54,790 nt of DNA. Origin: Patescibacteria group bacterium. GTDB taxonomy: Bacteria; Patescibacteriota; Patescibacteriia; Patescibacteriales; GWC2-42-12. A model generated the notes under the pieces. It did not search any database and was not told where the DNA came from. It saw only the letters and a list, made by a program, of their open reading frames with translations. Shown here piece after piece: positions 54,155 through 54,790 of the stretch (position 1 is its first letter; each line of letters opens with the position of its first letter). The stretch spans positions 1-54,790 of the forward strand of contig JAQVNC010000001.1 in assembly GCA_028703305.1 (NCBI GenBank). The letters run 5' to 3'. The position numbers and the translations under genes were made by a program.

Positions 54155-54790
54155 TTAACTGCTGTAAATCACCTGTTTAATAGAGTCTACGTGTTGTTTT
54201 ATTTTTTCATCTTCTTGGCACTCCCGTTCTATTTTGTTATACGCGTGCATGGCTGTGGTGTGGTCGCGGCCGCCCAGTTCTTGGCCGATGGATGGGTAGG
54301 AGGCGTTAATTTCTTTGCGCATTAAATACATGGCGATTTGTCTGGGCACGACCAATTCTTTTTTACGGCTTTGCCCGACCAGATCTTTGATGTTTATGTC
54401 AAAAAATTTGGCGGCCGCCTCAATAATAGTTTTAGCCGTGGTTGATTTTGATTGAAAATTGGAAATTATGCCGGCTAAAATGCTTTTGGTTGAATCTATG
54501 GAAGGCAAGGAGTTATTAAACTCATAATAAGCGATTAAACGGTTTAAAGCGCCCTCTAATTCGCGGATGTTGTTGGTGATGTTGTTGGCAATATAGGCTA
54601 AAATTTCCCTATCAAGCTTATAATTTTTTTCCCGGCACTTGGTTTCAAGGATAGCGATTCTGGTTTCTAGATCCGGCGAGCTAACGTCAGCGATCATCCC
54701 CCACTCAAAGCGCGATAATAGCCTTTTTTCCAGAGCCGGTATGGCTTTGGGCGGCCGGTCGGAGGAAATTACTATTTGTTTGTTGGTTTG
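54155..54790 (-). CDS. dnaA: chromosomal replication initiator DnaA, C-terminal part (5' end outside the window)
   Basis: The frame stays open to the window edge (…QIVISSDRPPKAIPALEKRLLSRFEWG…); domain IV VVPRQIAMYLMRKEINASYPSIGQELGGRDHTTAMHAYNKIE. Confidence 0.9.
   Translation of the reverse strand, partial: QTNKQIVISSDRPPKAIPALEKRLLSRFEWGMIADVSSPDLETRIAILETKCREKNYKLDREILAYIANNITNNIRELEGALNRLIAYYEFNNSLPSIDSTKSILAGIISNFQSKSTTAKTIIEAAAKFFDINIKDLVGQSRKKELVVPRQIAMYLMRKEINASYPSIGQELGGRDHTTAMHAYNKIERECQEDEKIKQHVDSIKQVIYSS

Overview
AT-rich bacterial chromosome segment. Gene content suggests a Candidate Phyla Radiation / Patescibacteria (Parcubacteria-like) genome; this lineage call is inference, not a database result. 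Supporting traits are many small membrane or secreted proteins, TrbC/VirB2-like pilin paralogues, small GIY-YIG genes inside tRNA clusters, a 16S rRNA gene with no adjacent 23S, and core genes lacking Shine-Dalgarno sequences.

The backbone is housekeeping: rlmN, an ABC-F ATPase, greA, xerC/D-like, rpsO-NYN-pnp, galT-like, 16S rRNA, 10 tRNAs, rpsP-KH-trmD, rluD, gmk, rplS, tsaE, lspA, a DksA-like gene, PBP1A, dnaN and the 3' part of dnaA, which runs off the right edge.

Best second-look items:
1. A short cobalamin riboswitch with a terminator (15236-15382, minus). It is hidden inside a spurious ORF extension and drives a three-gene operon whose proteins together rebuild a transcobalamin-like architecture next to a putative transporter.
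2. Seven tandem plus two dispersed TrbC/VirB2-like pilin paralogues with variable ectodomains.
3. Two compositionally foreign cassettes of unknown function (28.1-31.9 kb and 43.2-46.2 kb). Both have strong Shine-Dalgarno sites and ATGA-coupled genes. The first splits the conserved trmD-rplS junction.
4. A cluster of two perfect DnaA boxes plus palindromes in a ~0.7 kb ORF-free region about 12 kb from dnaA.
5. Partial 3' duplications of tRNA-Pro and tRNA-Cys, the latter next to a GIY-YIG gene.
6. Several intergenic repeat families: heptamer-periodic word arrays, GTCATT-hairpin REP-like elements that run into ORF C-termini, a dispersed element with a 33-nt identical core, and a 131-nt palindrome.

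No CRISPR array, transposase or reverse transcriptase was seen. All family names are recalled from motifs seen by eye. No searches, folding or statistics were run.
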